Assembly: GCA_964436545.1 (NCBI GenBank) | Contig: CAYTCJ010000003.1 | Location: forward strand, 70,041-134,040 | Length of the DNA stretch: 64,000 nt | Direction of reading: 5' to 3' | Source of the DNA: an uncultured Candidatus Saccharibacteria bacterium | Lineage (GTDB): Bacteria > Patescibacteriota > Doudnabacteria > UBA920 | Shown here: in pieces, positions 42,984-51,298 of the stretch | Layout of the letters: every line of letters starts with the position of its first letter | How positions within the stretch are numbered: the first letter of the stretch is position 1 | Position numbers and translations under genes: made by a program | Notes under the pieces: model-generated | Told to the model about the DNA's origin: nothing | Seen by the model: only the letters and a program-made list of their open reading frames with translations | Database searches by the model: none

Positions 42984-43901
42984 ATGAACCACATTCTTAC
43001 CGGTAAACAATTTGCCGATAAAAATTTATTAGATAAGCTGTTTGCCAAAGCTGTAGAATTAGAACAGGCGGATTTAAACGGGGGTATGCCCAAAACTTTG
43101 GCCGGCAAAGTGGTGGCTACTCTATTTTTTGAATCCAGTACTCGAACTCGGTTGTCGTTTGAATCCGCAACTTTGCGTTTGGGAGGCAATATTATTTCCG
43201 TGGCTGATGCTAAAACTTCCTCTATGTCCAAAGGTGAGAGCATAGAAGATACCATTAAGGTAGTTTCCGGTTATGCTGATGCGATTATTTTACGTCATCC
43301 GGAAAATGGGGCCGCGGAAAAAGCGGCTAAAGTGTCCCTTGTGCCCATTATTAATGCCGGCGATGGATTTAATGAGCATCCCACGCAAGCTTTAATGGAT
43401 TTGTTCACTATGCAAAAAGAATTGGGGAGAGTGGAAAATTTAAAGATCGCTTTTTTGGCAGATATGCGCTATCAACGAAATATTCACTCTTTGTCCGCAA
43501 TGTTTGGAGTGTATGAGGGAGTAAAATTATATTTAATCGGGCCGAAAGATTTGCGTTTACCCGAACGGTATAAACAGCAATTAGTGGCTAACAGGGTAGA
43601 ATTTACGGAACTGGAAACTTTAGACTCGGTTTTGCCGGAAATAGATGTGTTGTATGTGGCGAGAGTCTTTAAAGAAAGATTTGCCGAAGAAGCCGAATAT
43701 GAACGTTTAAAACAAGCGTTTTTTGTAGATTTAGCCACCGTGGCCAAAATGAAACAGCAATCCGCCATTCTTCACGTAATGCCGAGGGTTTACGAAATTG
43801 ACCCACAAGTCGATGCCGACCCCAGAGCGGCATATTTCCGCCAAGCTAAAAATGGGCTGTATATCCGCTCCGCCCTTTTGTTGCATGCCCTAGGCTATTA
43901 A
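42984..43901 (+). CDS. pyrB: aspartate carbamoyltransferase catalytic subunit
   Basis: STRTRLSFE is the carbamoyl-phosphate-binding signature. HPTQAL and the rest fit. The ORF track begins at 42942, but those first 14 codons translate the intergenic repeat, so the start is more likely MNHILTGKQF at 42984. Confidence 0.88.
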   Translation: MNHILTGKQFADKNLLDKLFAKAVELEQADLNGGMPKTLAGKVVATLFFESSTRTRLSFESATLRLGGNIISVADAKTSSMSKGESIEDTIKVVSGYADAIILRHPENGAAEKAAKVSLVPIINAGDGFNEHPTQALMDLFTMQKELGRVENLKIAFLADMRYQRNIHSLSAMFGVYEGVKLYLIGPKDLRLPERYKQQLVANRVEFTELETLDSVLPEIDVLYVARVFKERFAEEAEYERLKQAFFVDLATVAKMKQQSAILHVMPRVYEIDPQVDADPRAAYFRQAKNGLYIRSALLLHALGY

Positions 43902-43916
43902 TTTTTTTATATTTTA

Positions 43917-43952
43917 TTACCAATTATCTTACATATGTAAGATAATTGGTAA
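43917..43952. repeat. 36-bp perfect palindrome, copy 1
   Basis: TTACCAATTATCTTACATATGTAAGATAATTGGTAA, centred on CATATG. Confidence 0.85.
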
Positions 43953-43985
43953 AGTTTAAAAAGTTACCTATACAATATAAACCTT

Positions 43986-44642
43986 TTAAATTATAGATTT
44001 AAAATGATGCTTTAATCTGTGTTCGTCTTCCGGGTCCAGATTAGTTGCCTCTAGAAATGTAATATAAGGATCCAAACCATAGTATTTGCTGAGAAAAGCC
44101 AATTCATCGCGGGGGTCAAAAGGATAGACCCAAATTGATTTTTGAAAACTATAGGCCCCAATGGATTTTATCTTTTTTCTGAATGAGTTAATTTGACTCC
44201 TGAATTCAATCGGTATATCGGCTAAGATGAACCACCAAGTTTTTTTCCACTGGTTATTTTTGGGCAGTGAAAGACTTTGTAAATTAAGTAATTTGAGTTT
44301 TTTCCTTCCTTTTTGAGTAATTTTTACTAAAAAATCATCACCTTTAGGCAGAAGTTGGATATAGTTATGTTGCCTAAGGTAATAAATAACTCGACTAATT
44401 TTCTTTTTTGACCTTTTGGTTTGGTGTAAATACCCTTTAGTATATTTTTGATTTGGTAGCAATTTTAACAGTTTTAGTGCATTTGGAGCCACTAAAGCCA
44501 CAGTAGTTATGCCTAGAGAAGCAATGACTCCTAAAGTGATTGCTGACATATCTTTTAATCTTGAGACTTGTTCCGGAGTTAGATTTAAAAGCGGTTTAGG
44601 CAAATTGGCCTCAATGATTTTTGCCAGTGATGCTTTGCTCAT
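43986..44642 (-). CDS. membrane-anchored winged-helix + PaaX-C/Cas2-like domain protein (paralogue of 31765..32250)
   Basis: The C-terminal TWWFILADIPIEFRSQINSFRKKIKSIGAYSFQKSIWVYPFD carries the same motif as the 161-aa protein. The hydrophobic segment AITLGVIASLGITTVALVAP is transmembrane-like. Confidence 0.5.
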   Translation of the reverse strand: MSKASLAKIIEANLPKPLLNLTPEQVSRLKDMSAITLGVIASLGITTVALVAPNALKLLKLLPNQKYTKGYLHQTKRSKKKISRVIYYLRQHNYIQLLPKGDDFLVKITQKGRKKLKLLNLQSLSLPKNNQWKKTWWFILADIPIEFRSQINSFRKKIKSIGAYSFQKSIWVYPFDPRDELAFLSKYYGLDPYITFLEATNLDPEDEHRLKHHFKSII

Positions 44643-44679
44643 ATTATTTTTATTTTATATTTTTTTAGTTTAAAATTGC

Positions 44680-44719
44680 TTTTACCAATTAACTTACATA
44701 TGTAAGTTAATTGGTAAAA
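44680..44719. repeat. 40-bp perfect palindrome, copy 2
   Basis: TTTTACCAATTAACTTACATATGTAAGTTAATTGGTAAAA. Confidence 0.85.
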
Positions 44720-44792
44720 TATGTTAAATTAGGATTTTGGTTGGACGTGGGGATAAATTAGGTATAAATAATTTCTTAAGAATCCATTAATA

Positions 44793-45503
44793 CTAGACCT
44801 CAGAAATATTGGTAAAAATTTGGTAGTGTTTGGTTTTAACCACTCCCGCAATGGGTAAGTGGTTAATTTGCGCTTGACCGGCCAACAATTCTTTAAATTT
44901 GGCCTGTTTTTCTGATCCGCAAATAAATACAATGGCTTCATCAATATATTTAAATAAATTAAAAGTTGCGGTTACCCGTTCCGGGTATTTATGGGTGGTG
45001 TCCGCGCGGTATGCGGTAATGAGGTGTGAATTTTCAAAAGCAGTTTCAAAAAATTTAACGTCTGAACTGGGGAAAATGCCGGCGGTGTGGCCATCGGGCC
45101 CCATACCCAGAGTGGCGAAAACTTTACCTTGAGGGTGTTGATTTAGCCAATTGGTAATCCCAATTTCCAAACGGGTTTGCATGTCGTTTAGGTTTTCGTT
45201 TAAGCGGGGGAGCGTGCCAATAAAATTAGCATTGGCATTTAAGGCTAAAGTATAAAAATCTAATTTTTGAAGCTGTAAAAAATTATTGGCTTCAGGTTCT
45301 TGGCTAAAGCGTTCATCGAGCAGAGTAATGGTTAAATTTTCACCCATGCTGGATGCATCAATAAAATCTAAAATGGAAAAAGCCGATCCGGCAGAAAGTA
45401 AAAGTAAAATGGGGCTGGATTTATTCTCGGCTAATAATTTATTTAAAGCTTCACCGGCGCCGGCCGTAGCTTCGGCTTGGCTTTGAAATTTATTTATTTT
45501 CAT
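44793..45503 (-). CDS. pgl: 6-phosphogluconolactonase (NagB/Pgl/DevB sugar-phosphate isomerase fold)
   Basis: ATLGMGPDGHTAGIFP matches the Pgl motif GMG.DGHTAS.FP. Confidence 0.7.
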   Translation of the reverse strand: MKINKFQSQAEATAGAGEALNKLLAENKSSPILLLLSAGSAFSILDFIDASSMGENLTITLLDERFSQEPEANNFLQLQKLDFYTLALNANANFIGTLPRLNENLNDMQTRLEIGITNWLNQHPQGKVFATLGMGPDGHTAGIFPSSDVKFFETAFENSHLITAYRADTTHKYPERVTATFNLFKYIDEAIVFICGSEKQAKFKELLAGQAQINHLPIAGVVKTKHYQIFTNISEV

Positions 45504-45547
45504 AAAATGATTCTAGCATTATTTTATTTTTTTGGAAAATAAAAAAC

Positions 45548-45588
45548 CCGCCCCGCAAAAAGCGGGGCAGGGTGGGTTACAAGAGAAA
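45548..45588 (-). terminator. rho-independent terminator downstream of the cold-shock gene
   Basis: On the minus strand: GCCCCGC-TTTTT-GCGGGGC followed by GGGTTTTTT. Confidence 0.6.
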
Positions 45589-45786
45589 TTAAGCTCTTTG
45601 TACGTTTACCGCATTAGGACCTTTGGGAGATTGTTCTACTTCAAAGCTTACTTGGTCGCCTTCGTTGAGTTCTTCAAACGAAACGCCAACTAAAGCTTTG
45701 CTATGGAAGAACACGTCTTTATCCATACCTTGAGAGGTAATGAAACCAAAGCCTTTATCGGTTTTCTTTTTAATTACGCCGTTCAT
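45589..45786 (-). CDS. cold-shock protein (CspA family)
   Basis: KGFGFITSQ and VFFHS are the RNP1/RNP2 motifs. The protein is 65 aa. Confidence 0.9.
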   Translation of the reverse strand: MNGVIKKKTDKGFGFITSQGMDKDVFFHSKALVGVSFEELNEGDQVSFEVEQSPKGPNAVNVQRA

Positions 45787-45951
45787 AGTGTGTAAAAAAT
45801 TAGATTAATGAAAAAATGTATTTGTGAAACTCGACTACTTTTCTAAATAAATTTTGCTTAGATAGTATAACAAACTGGCTGAATAATAGCAAATGCTATT
45901 TTGGTTTTAAAATTATAAATTTTAACCTTGTTTATTTTAGTGAGTGGTTCG

Positions 45952-46361
45952 TGGTGGAGATGCCGGGAGTTTAACCCGGGTCCAACATTTATCTATCTTT
46001 TTATTCTTCACAAGCTTAGTTAGCTTAATATCCGCCAAAGGCGGACTTTAATGTTTGTTAGCTAACCAAACAACATTAAAGTTGATTTAGAATGCCTTAG
46101 GTATGTTAGTCTAAATCATGCCAACATATCGCATCCCAAAATAAGCTTGGGGATCTTTTCTTTGGGAGAAGAAAAGGCCAAGTGTTGTTACCTATTAGGC
46201 TACAACAGGAACTAAATCGGCAGCTTTAAAGGCGGCAACGACTTTGTTCCAAGAGTTTTCTATAGCATTTATAGATGCTTGGGGTAGTTTAACGAGATAG
46301 TCCAAGCTTGCTCGTCTTGCATATAAAAAGATGTCAAAGTGCTGTCAAAAACCGTCATCCC
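45952..46361 (-). ncRNA. ssrA: tmRNA (SsrA)
   Basis: The minus-strand 3' end GGACCCGGGTTAAACTCCCGGCATCTCCACCA matches the tmRNA tRNA-like 3' end consensus GGAC.CGGGTTCAACTCCCGCCAGCTCCACCA. The 5' end GGGGATG pairs with CATCTCC to form the acceptor stem. The candidate tag reading frame is ...GCCGCCUUUAAAGCUGCCGAUUUAGUUCCUGUUGUAGCC-UAA-UAG (AAFKAADLVPVVA, double stop). Confidence 0.7.
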
Positions 46362-46486
46362 CATAAACCATTGGCATAGTATCAAGTTTTAGGTTTAAAT
46401 GCAATGGTTCTATGGTATAAATTTGATTTTTTGGGTTATAATTTATTATAATAATTAATATAAATTATTAAACTTAATTAATAGTT

Positions 46487-47053
46487 ATGCACACACCAGA
46501 GCAACCAGAAGATTGGAGAAAGGTAGCTAATGTAAACGAAGCTATCATAACAGCCAAAATGCCTTATTTGTTAAGTTTTGGCGACAATGTTGCGGTTAGT
46601 AATTTGCAAGATGGGAGAATAGTTTTAGTCGGTGCAAATAAATATGGAAATGAACATGTAGTTTACAGATATAATCCACAAGCTCAAACAGCGGAATTAA
46701 TAGCCGATGATACCAGAATTCAAAGAGGTGGGGAGTTAGCTAAGCAATTAATTGACTCAAAGGATTTTAACCATTATATGGAACCTGAGCAGGCTTTTGG
46801 GATACTGGCTAATTTAATGGGTACTCCGGTAGAGCAAGTGAAACTCATGTTTCCAAAGGCTACTAATTACAACCAAATTTTATTAAGTAGAGCTGTAGAT
46901 AGTTTGAAAATCGGAATTAATTTTAATTTGCCAGATCAACCAGGGTTAATGTCTTGCATATATGATTATCATTTAAATACCGGAGTGCTAGAATATGTTT
47001 ACAGTAATAATGGGCAAGGCAACGTTTGGGCTAAGTGGAATGACGGTAAGTAA
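46487..47053 (+). CDS. hypothetical protein
   Basis: 188-aa ORF with no recognised motif, between tmRNA and a GC-rich ORF. Confidence 0.45.
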   Translation: MHTPEQPEDWRKVANVNEAIITAKMPYLLSFGDNVAVSNLQDGRIVLVGANKYGNEHVVYRYNPQAQTAELIADDTRIQRGGELAKQLIDSKDFNHYMEPEQAFGILANLMGTPVEQVKLMFPKATNYNQILLSRAVDSLKIGINFNLPDQPGLMSCIYDYHLNTGVLEYVYSNNGQGNVWAKWNDGK

Positions 47054-47128
47054 ATGAGCAAAATTTTATTTGCTTTAAAAATGGCTTTTTGCTACTATTT
47101 GTCAATCATGCTCACAGCATGAAATCAA

Positions 47129-47770
47129 ATGGAGGTGGCTATGAGAGCCATTTTTTTATTGCTCTTTTTTCTGCCTCCGCTTGAAACGCTGTGGGCAGAA
47201 GAAATTTTTAGGACTGAAACCGAAATTCAGTCCGCCCCCGGGCTTGAGCGGTTCGGGGTTTCGCAGTTTTTCTGGTTTACTCATAAACCAGCCACCCATT
47301 CACGTTTCGCTTTCGGTGCGAACGTGCGGTATTTTAGGTTCAGTCCTACGAACCGCGCGGAGTTCACGGCAAGCGGGACTATGTACCTAAAGACCGGATT
47401 CATTAATTTGAATCCGAGCCGAACCACGGACGGTCGTTATACGACCGCCGTAGTGCTCGGCTATCGGTGGGGGAAGAAGTGGTCAGCGGTGGCGCTCGCT
47501 GACCCAAAATGGCGCCACAGTAAAACGCGCCCGAATACGATTTTTAGCAAGGCGACCTTTGGCCGAGGTCCCTTGCACGTTCGCGCCGAGAATTTCCACG
47601 TGGCAGGAAACCACGTGAGTAGTTATCTCGGCGTCGAGGTACGGAAAAAATTCGCCAACCATTATGAGGTCTTCGCTTCGCCGATGATCTCTTTGATTGG
47701 CAAAAACCGGTTAGTTCTGCAATTCGGCCTCAGGACTAATTGGCAAACCTACACCGGCAAAACGAAGTAG
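47129..47770 (+). CDS. GC-rich hypothetical secreted protein whose N-terminus is MEVAMR + signal peptide, like the 5745..7844 product
   Basis: ATGGAGGTGGCTATGAGAGCC shares 16 of 17 nt with the start of the 699-aa gene (ATGGAGGTAGCTATGAGG). A GGAGGT Shine-Dalgarno precedes the second ATG. The signal peptide is MRAIFLLLFFLPPLETLWAEEIF. Local GC is ~50% or more. Confidence 0.5.
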   Translation: MEVAMRAIFLLLFFLPPLETLWAEEIFRTETEIQSAPGLERFGVSQFFWFTHKPATHSRFAFGANVRYFRFSPTNRAEFTASGTMYLKTGFINLNPSRTTDGRYTTAVVLGYRWGKKWSAVALADPKWRHSKTRPNTIFSKATFGRGPLHVRAENFHVAGNHVSSYLGVEVRKKFANHYEVFASPMISLIGKNRLVLQFGLRTNWQTYTGKTK

Positions 47771-47854
47771 CGAGAGGGAGCTAGTCGTTTTGCCGGTTTA
47801 AAATTATCTAAAAAAATTTATTCTGGTATTCTGCAGAATATGAGAATAAGTTTT

Positions 47855-48586
47855 TTATTTTGCGGAATAAAAAGTTTTTAAGTCAAACAATTGATTATTT
47901 AAGTAGACTTCCACGGTTTTAACTTCCGGAAACTGCAAAGCTGTGCCAGAGATTTGTTCAATGACTCTGGGTTCATCACACACGCCCCCAATGCTACCCA
48001 TACTGCCGGTTAAGTAAATTTTGGCAATTGGTCCGGCTAACTCAGCCCTGTCAAAAAATAAAACTTTCTTACCCTCGGTTCTTTGCACGCTATAAATTAT
48101 GTTAGTTAATTCGGTTTCCGGATAAGCGGAGTCGGAAAAAGATTGGGTTTCCAAACCAAATAAAAACTTAAACGCCTCATTTAAAGGTTGGCTCGAGGGG
48201 GATGGGTTGGTTTTAGTTAAATAGACCAGACTGTCATCACAGCCGATTTTTTTGCCCTGTTTGCCATTGTCGCTAAGAGCAATGACTGCCACTTTTGCTT
48301 GATTATTGGTGAAAGTGGTATCGGTAATGCAATCAAATTCAAATGTTTTATACGGTATGCCAAATAAAGTATAAGCAGTAGCTTCTGATTTATGATTTTT
48401 ATTTTTTTCCGTTTGACTTACCACTTTTAAGCTTAAAAGTTTTTGTAATGGATGGTCAAAAAGTAACGAGCCTTCAATTTTTGCGCAGGCGTCCAGCACT
48501 GGATTAACGGATTTAATAAAAAGTTTTGGAATCATTATGCCGGTTAACAATAGGCCAAAGCTAAAGAGTAAAATTGTTTTTTTCAT
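47855..48586 (-). CDS. hypothetical secreted protein or lipoprotein
   Basis: Signal peptide MKKTILLFSFGLLLTGIMIP. No firm motif. Confidence 0.5.
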   Translation of the reverse strand: MKKTILLFSFGLLLTGIMIPKLFIKSVNPVLDACAKIEGSLLFDHPLQKLLSLKVVSQTEKNKNHKSEATAYTLFGIPYKTFEFDCITDTTFTNNQAKVAVIALSDNGKQGKKIGCDDSLVYLTKTNPSPSSQPLNEAFKFLFGLETQSFSDSAYPETELTNIIYSVQRTEGKKVLFFDRAELAGPIAKIYLTGSMGSIGGVCDEPRVIEQISGTALQFPEVKTVEVYLNNQLFDLKTFYSAK

Positions 48587-48589
48587 AAA

Positions 48590-49222
48590 TTAGTTTATTA
48601 TGGCTTTTAAATCTTTTAAATCTTTTTCCGTAATATCCCACTCGTAAACATCGCAATTAGCCACATCTTTGAGTAAGTTTTGGGATTGGTGAAAAATTCT
48701 AATGACTTCGGGAAAATAAAATAATAAATTCCGAATCACCCCGCCGTGGGTAATAATGCCAATATGATGATGGTCGTAATTGAGAGCTAAATCTAACACA
48801 CCGGCCAGCACCCTTTGGCTCACTTGCCCGGCGCTTTCCCCGCCAAAACTGCGGTAATCGTATGTTTGTTTGGTTTCCAGTTCGTCAAAATCCGGCACTA
48901 AAGTTTTAATTTCGGCTAAAGTTTTGCCGGAAAGCGAACCAAAATCACGTTCGCGAAACCGGTGGTCATACAGCACCGGTACGGAATTTTTTAAACTTTG
49001 TTTTAAATAGGCCGTGGTTTCTTCGGCTCGGCGTAAGTGCGACGTAATTAATAAGTCCAAATCCAAATACTTAACTACGGGAATTAAAAAATGTTGAATA
49101 TCGGCAATGCCCTGACTGCTTAAATATTCGTCGATTTTTACGCCTTGTTTGATATTTAAAAGATTGCTCGGCGTTTGAGCGTGACGAATAAAAAATAAAG
49201 TGGTTTTGTCTCTAATAACCAT
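48590..49222 (-). CDS. histidine phosphatase (phosphoglycerate-mutase-like) family protein
   Basis: FIRHAQT is the RHG motif, the catalytic His. TSHLRRAEETTAYL and ITHGGVIRNL match the PGAM-family motifs. Confidence 0.7.
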   Translation of the reverse strand: MVIRDKTTLFFIRHAQTPSNLLNIKQGVKIDEYLSSQGIADIQHFLIPVVKYLDLDLLITSHLRRAEETTAYLKQSLKNSVPVLYDHRFRERDFGSLSGKTLAEIKTLVPDFDELETKQTYDYRSFGGESAGQVSQRVLAGVLDLALNYDHHHIGIITHGGVIRNLLFYFPEVIRIFHQSQNLLKDVANCDVYEWDITEKDLKDLKAIIN

Positions 49223-49227
49223 AAAGT

Positions 49228-49479
49228 TTAGGCAATGAGTTTTTTGGCGGTGCGGGCGGTGGCTTGAGCTAAAACTTTCACTTGTTTTTCGGTAGCTTTA
49301 AAATCTTGGCGATAGTATTCTACGTCTTTCACAATTTTTTTGAGTTCGTTTTCCGCCAAATGCGCCATATGTTTGAGGCGCTTAAAAATTTTTATGACAT
49401 AATAAAACACCATAAGCCATAACAAGCACACGGCAATAATTGCAACGGAGATGACGGTGTAAAAAGTATTTTCTGTCAT
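49228..49479 (-). CDS. small hypothetical membrane protein
   Basis: 83 aa with one transmembrane helix (YTVISVAIIAVCLLWLMVFYYVI). Confidence 0.4.
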   Translation of the reverse strand: MTENTFYTVISVAIIAVCLLWLMVFYYVIKIFKRLKHMAHLAENELKKIVKDVEYYRQDFKATEKQVKVLAQATARTAKKLIA

Positions 49480-49500
49480 AGGGGTATTTTACCACATTTT

Positions 49501-50046
49501 TTATTTTGGCGTGTATTTGTTAATGAGTTCTTTTAAAATTTGCTCATACTGTTTACGAATAGTCGGATCTGAGCCGATTTCCAAAACTTCATCGTTTAAA
49601 TTGGTGGCAGAAGCTGTCCAGTTAAAACTTCCGCTGGCATATTGTTTTTCTGTCACTAAAGCTTTTAAATGCATAATGGCACTGTGGTCGTGCTCAAAAA
49701 CCGGAATGCCCGCATTTTTAAGTTCCGTGACAATTTTATTTTGCAGTTCTATGTCGCGGGTTTGTTTTTTATCTACCACGCCAATTATTTTAACGCCTCG
49801 GTATTGGGCGGCTAAGAGGGCGTCTTTAATGTCTAAGCGAGTAAAAGTGTAAATGGCAAAATACACATACTCATTTGCCTCTCTAATTACCTGAATAATT
49901 GCTTTGTTGAGTTGGTGGTCCTGATTATAAAAGACTTGAACTTCTCTTTGTGGTAAATAGCGGTGAGTGTAATAGACTTGAGCCGAGAAGGCAATTAGTA
50001 AAATAATTACCGCTATGTAAATTTTTTCTTTGTGTTTCGGAGCCAT
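49501..50046 (-). CDS. phospholipase-D-like (HKD, Nuc-like) domain protein with an N-terminal membrane anchor
   Basis: HLKALVTEKQYASGSFNWTASA corresponds to H.K....(D/E)......GS.N of the PLD/Nuc HKD motif. N-terminal transmembrane helix IYIAVIILLIAFSAQVYY. Confidence 0.65.
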   Translation of the reverse strand: MAPKHKEKIYIAVIILLIAFSAQVYYTHRYLPQREVQVFYNQDHQLNKAIIQVIREANEYVYFAIYTFTRLDIKDALLAAQYRGVKIIGVVDKKQTRDIELQNKIVTELKNAGIPVFEHDHSAIMHLKALVTEKQYASGSFNWTASATNLNDEVLEIGSDPTIRKQYEQILKELINKYTPK

Positions 50047-50056
50047 ATTATAGTGC

Positions 50057-50445
50057 TGTCATTCCGAATCCTGATATCCATCAGGACAAGTTTATTTCGG
50101 AATCTAAAAATTAAATAATTTTATTATATAAATCGTCCCAATTGGGATTTAGTGATTCAATCAAATTTATTTTCCAGTTTCTGTGCCAATTTTTTAATTG
50201 TTTTTCTCTTAAGATTGCCGATTCAACATTTTCAGTCATTTCATAATAGACTAATTTATGAAGTTTGTATTTTTTTGTGAATCCTTCCACTATATTATTT
50301 TTATGTTCATAAACTCTTCTAATTAGATTGTTTGTGACCCCAACATAAAGCACCCCTAAAGGTTTATTGCTTAGCATATAAATGTAATAAGTTTTCATGT
50401 TTTTATTTTATAAAAGATAGATTCTGAAACAAGTTCAGAATGACA
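50057..50445. mobile_element. Candidate ~390-bp mini-element: a GIY-YIG nuclease gene bounded by inverted hairpin terminal repeats of the GGATTCCGG...CCGGAATGACA family
   Basis: The left end is TGTCATTCCGAATCC...TTTCGGAATC (50057-50104, reverse orientation). The right end is GATTCTGAAC-AA-GTTCAGAATGACA (50420-50445). The plus strand therefore reads TGTCATTC...GAATGACA. The right end lies 5 nt from the smpB stop. Confidence 0.45.
50111..50398 (-). CDS. stand-alone GIY-YIG endonuclease-domain protein (~95 aa, UPF0213/YhbQ-like)
   Basis: YYIYMLSNKPLGVLYVGVTNNLIRRVYEHKN is a canonical GIY-(10 aa)-YVG...R..EH GIY-YIG motif. Confidence 0.8.
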   Translation of the reverse strand: MKTYYIYMLSNKPLGVLYVGVTNNLIRRVYEHKNNIVEGFTKKYKLHKLVYYEMTENVESAILREKQLKNWHRNWKINLIESLNPNWDDLYNKII

Positions 50446-50450
50446 GAGTA

Positions 50451-50882
50451 TTAGAATGTTTTCCTAATTTCTCTTTCCATATCTCGTTTTTTTATGGTTT
50501 CGCGTTTGTCCGTTTGCTTTTTGGCTTTGCCAATGCCCAGTTTGATTTTTAGCCAACCTTTGGGCGTAGTAAAAATTTCCAAAGGCACAATCACCAAACC
50601 TTTTTCTTTGCCCAATAATTCGTTGATTTCTTTTTGTTGTAAAAGCAATTTACGGGTTTGGGTGGGGTTGTAGCCGGTTTGGTGAGCGTATTTGTAAGCT
50701 CCAATATGAGCATTGATTAAATTGACGGAATTGTTTGCCGTGGTTACATAAGCGCCAATTAAAGACACATTGCCGTTTTTTATACTTTTGACTTCTGCGC
50801 CGGTTAATACCAAACCTGCCACGAAAGTGTTTTTAATTTCGTAGTCAAAATAAGCTCGTTTGTTGGTTGCTAATGTGGACAT
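50451..50882 (-). CDS. smpB: SsrA-binding protein SmpB
   Basis: NKRAYFDYEIKNTFVAGLVLTGAEVKSIKNGNVSLIGAYV...TRKLLLQQKEINEL matches the SmpB consensus. Confidence 0.9.
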   Translation of the reverse strand: MSTLATNKRAYFDYEIKNTFVAGLVLTGAEVKSIKNGNVSLIGAYVTTANNSVNLINAHIGAYKYAHQTGYNPTQTRKLLLQQKEINELLGKEKGLVIVPLEIFTTPKGWLKIKLGIGKAKKQTDKRETIKKRDMEREIRKTF

Positions 50883-50944
50883 GATTTAAAATCCTAACCG
50901 TAATATGCTATAATGAATATAAATTCATTAAAGTAGTCTATTTT

Positions 50945-51238
50945 ATGCCAAGAATAACACATGGCGAAACTTATGGTACTGAGGTGGGGATTAATTTAGA
51001 AGTTATTCGTAAAGAATTAGCCAGATTGGGCGGAAAGGATGCAGAGGTACAGTTGCGTTACAAATTGGCTGAAACCGGTGATTACGGCAAGGGTCCTTTT
51101 GTGTTAGTAGATGTGAGATTTCCTAAATTTCCTAAAGGTATGGGGCAGACCACATTAGGCGGTATTGCGGTTTTTAAAAATAGTTCTGGTAAGTCTTTTG
51201 AGCTTTCCAGTTCGTATTTGTTACCAATCCCAAAATAA
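50945..51238 (+). CDS. hypothetical small protein
   Basis: 97-aa ORF with no motif. Confidence 0.4.
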   Translation: MPRITHGETYGTEVGINLEVIRKELARLGGKDAEVQLRYKLAETGDYGKGPFVLVDVRFPKFPKGMGQTTLGGIAVFKNSSGKSFELSSSYLLPIPK

Positions 51239-51298
51239 TATATATAGTTTACCTTGTTTCACCTTTTTTGTCATATTATGTTATAATAAACTCAACTT

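Noticed and set aside
45952-46361. RNase P RNA instead of tmRNA
   Set aside because: No GGAAAGTCCGGGCTCC (P4) motif. The 3' end matches the tmRNA tRNA-like domain ending CCACCA and pairs with a GGGGATG 5' end.
47129-47770. Calling the 213-aa GC-rich protein an outer-membrane beta-barrel/porin
   Set aside because: The C-terminal aromatic-rich end (WQTYTGKTK) hints at it. I cannot support a barrel from sequence alone, and the host lineage may lack an outer membrane, so it is left as a hypothetical secreted protein.
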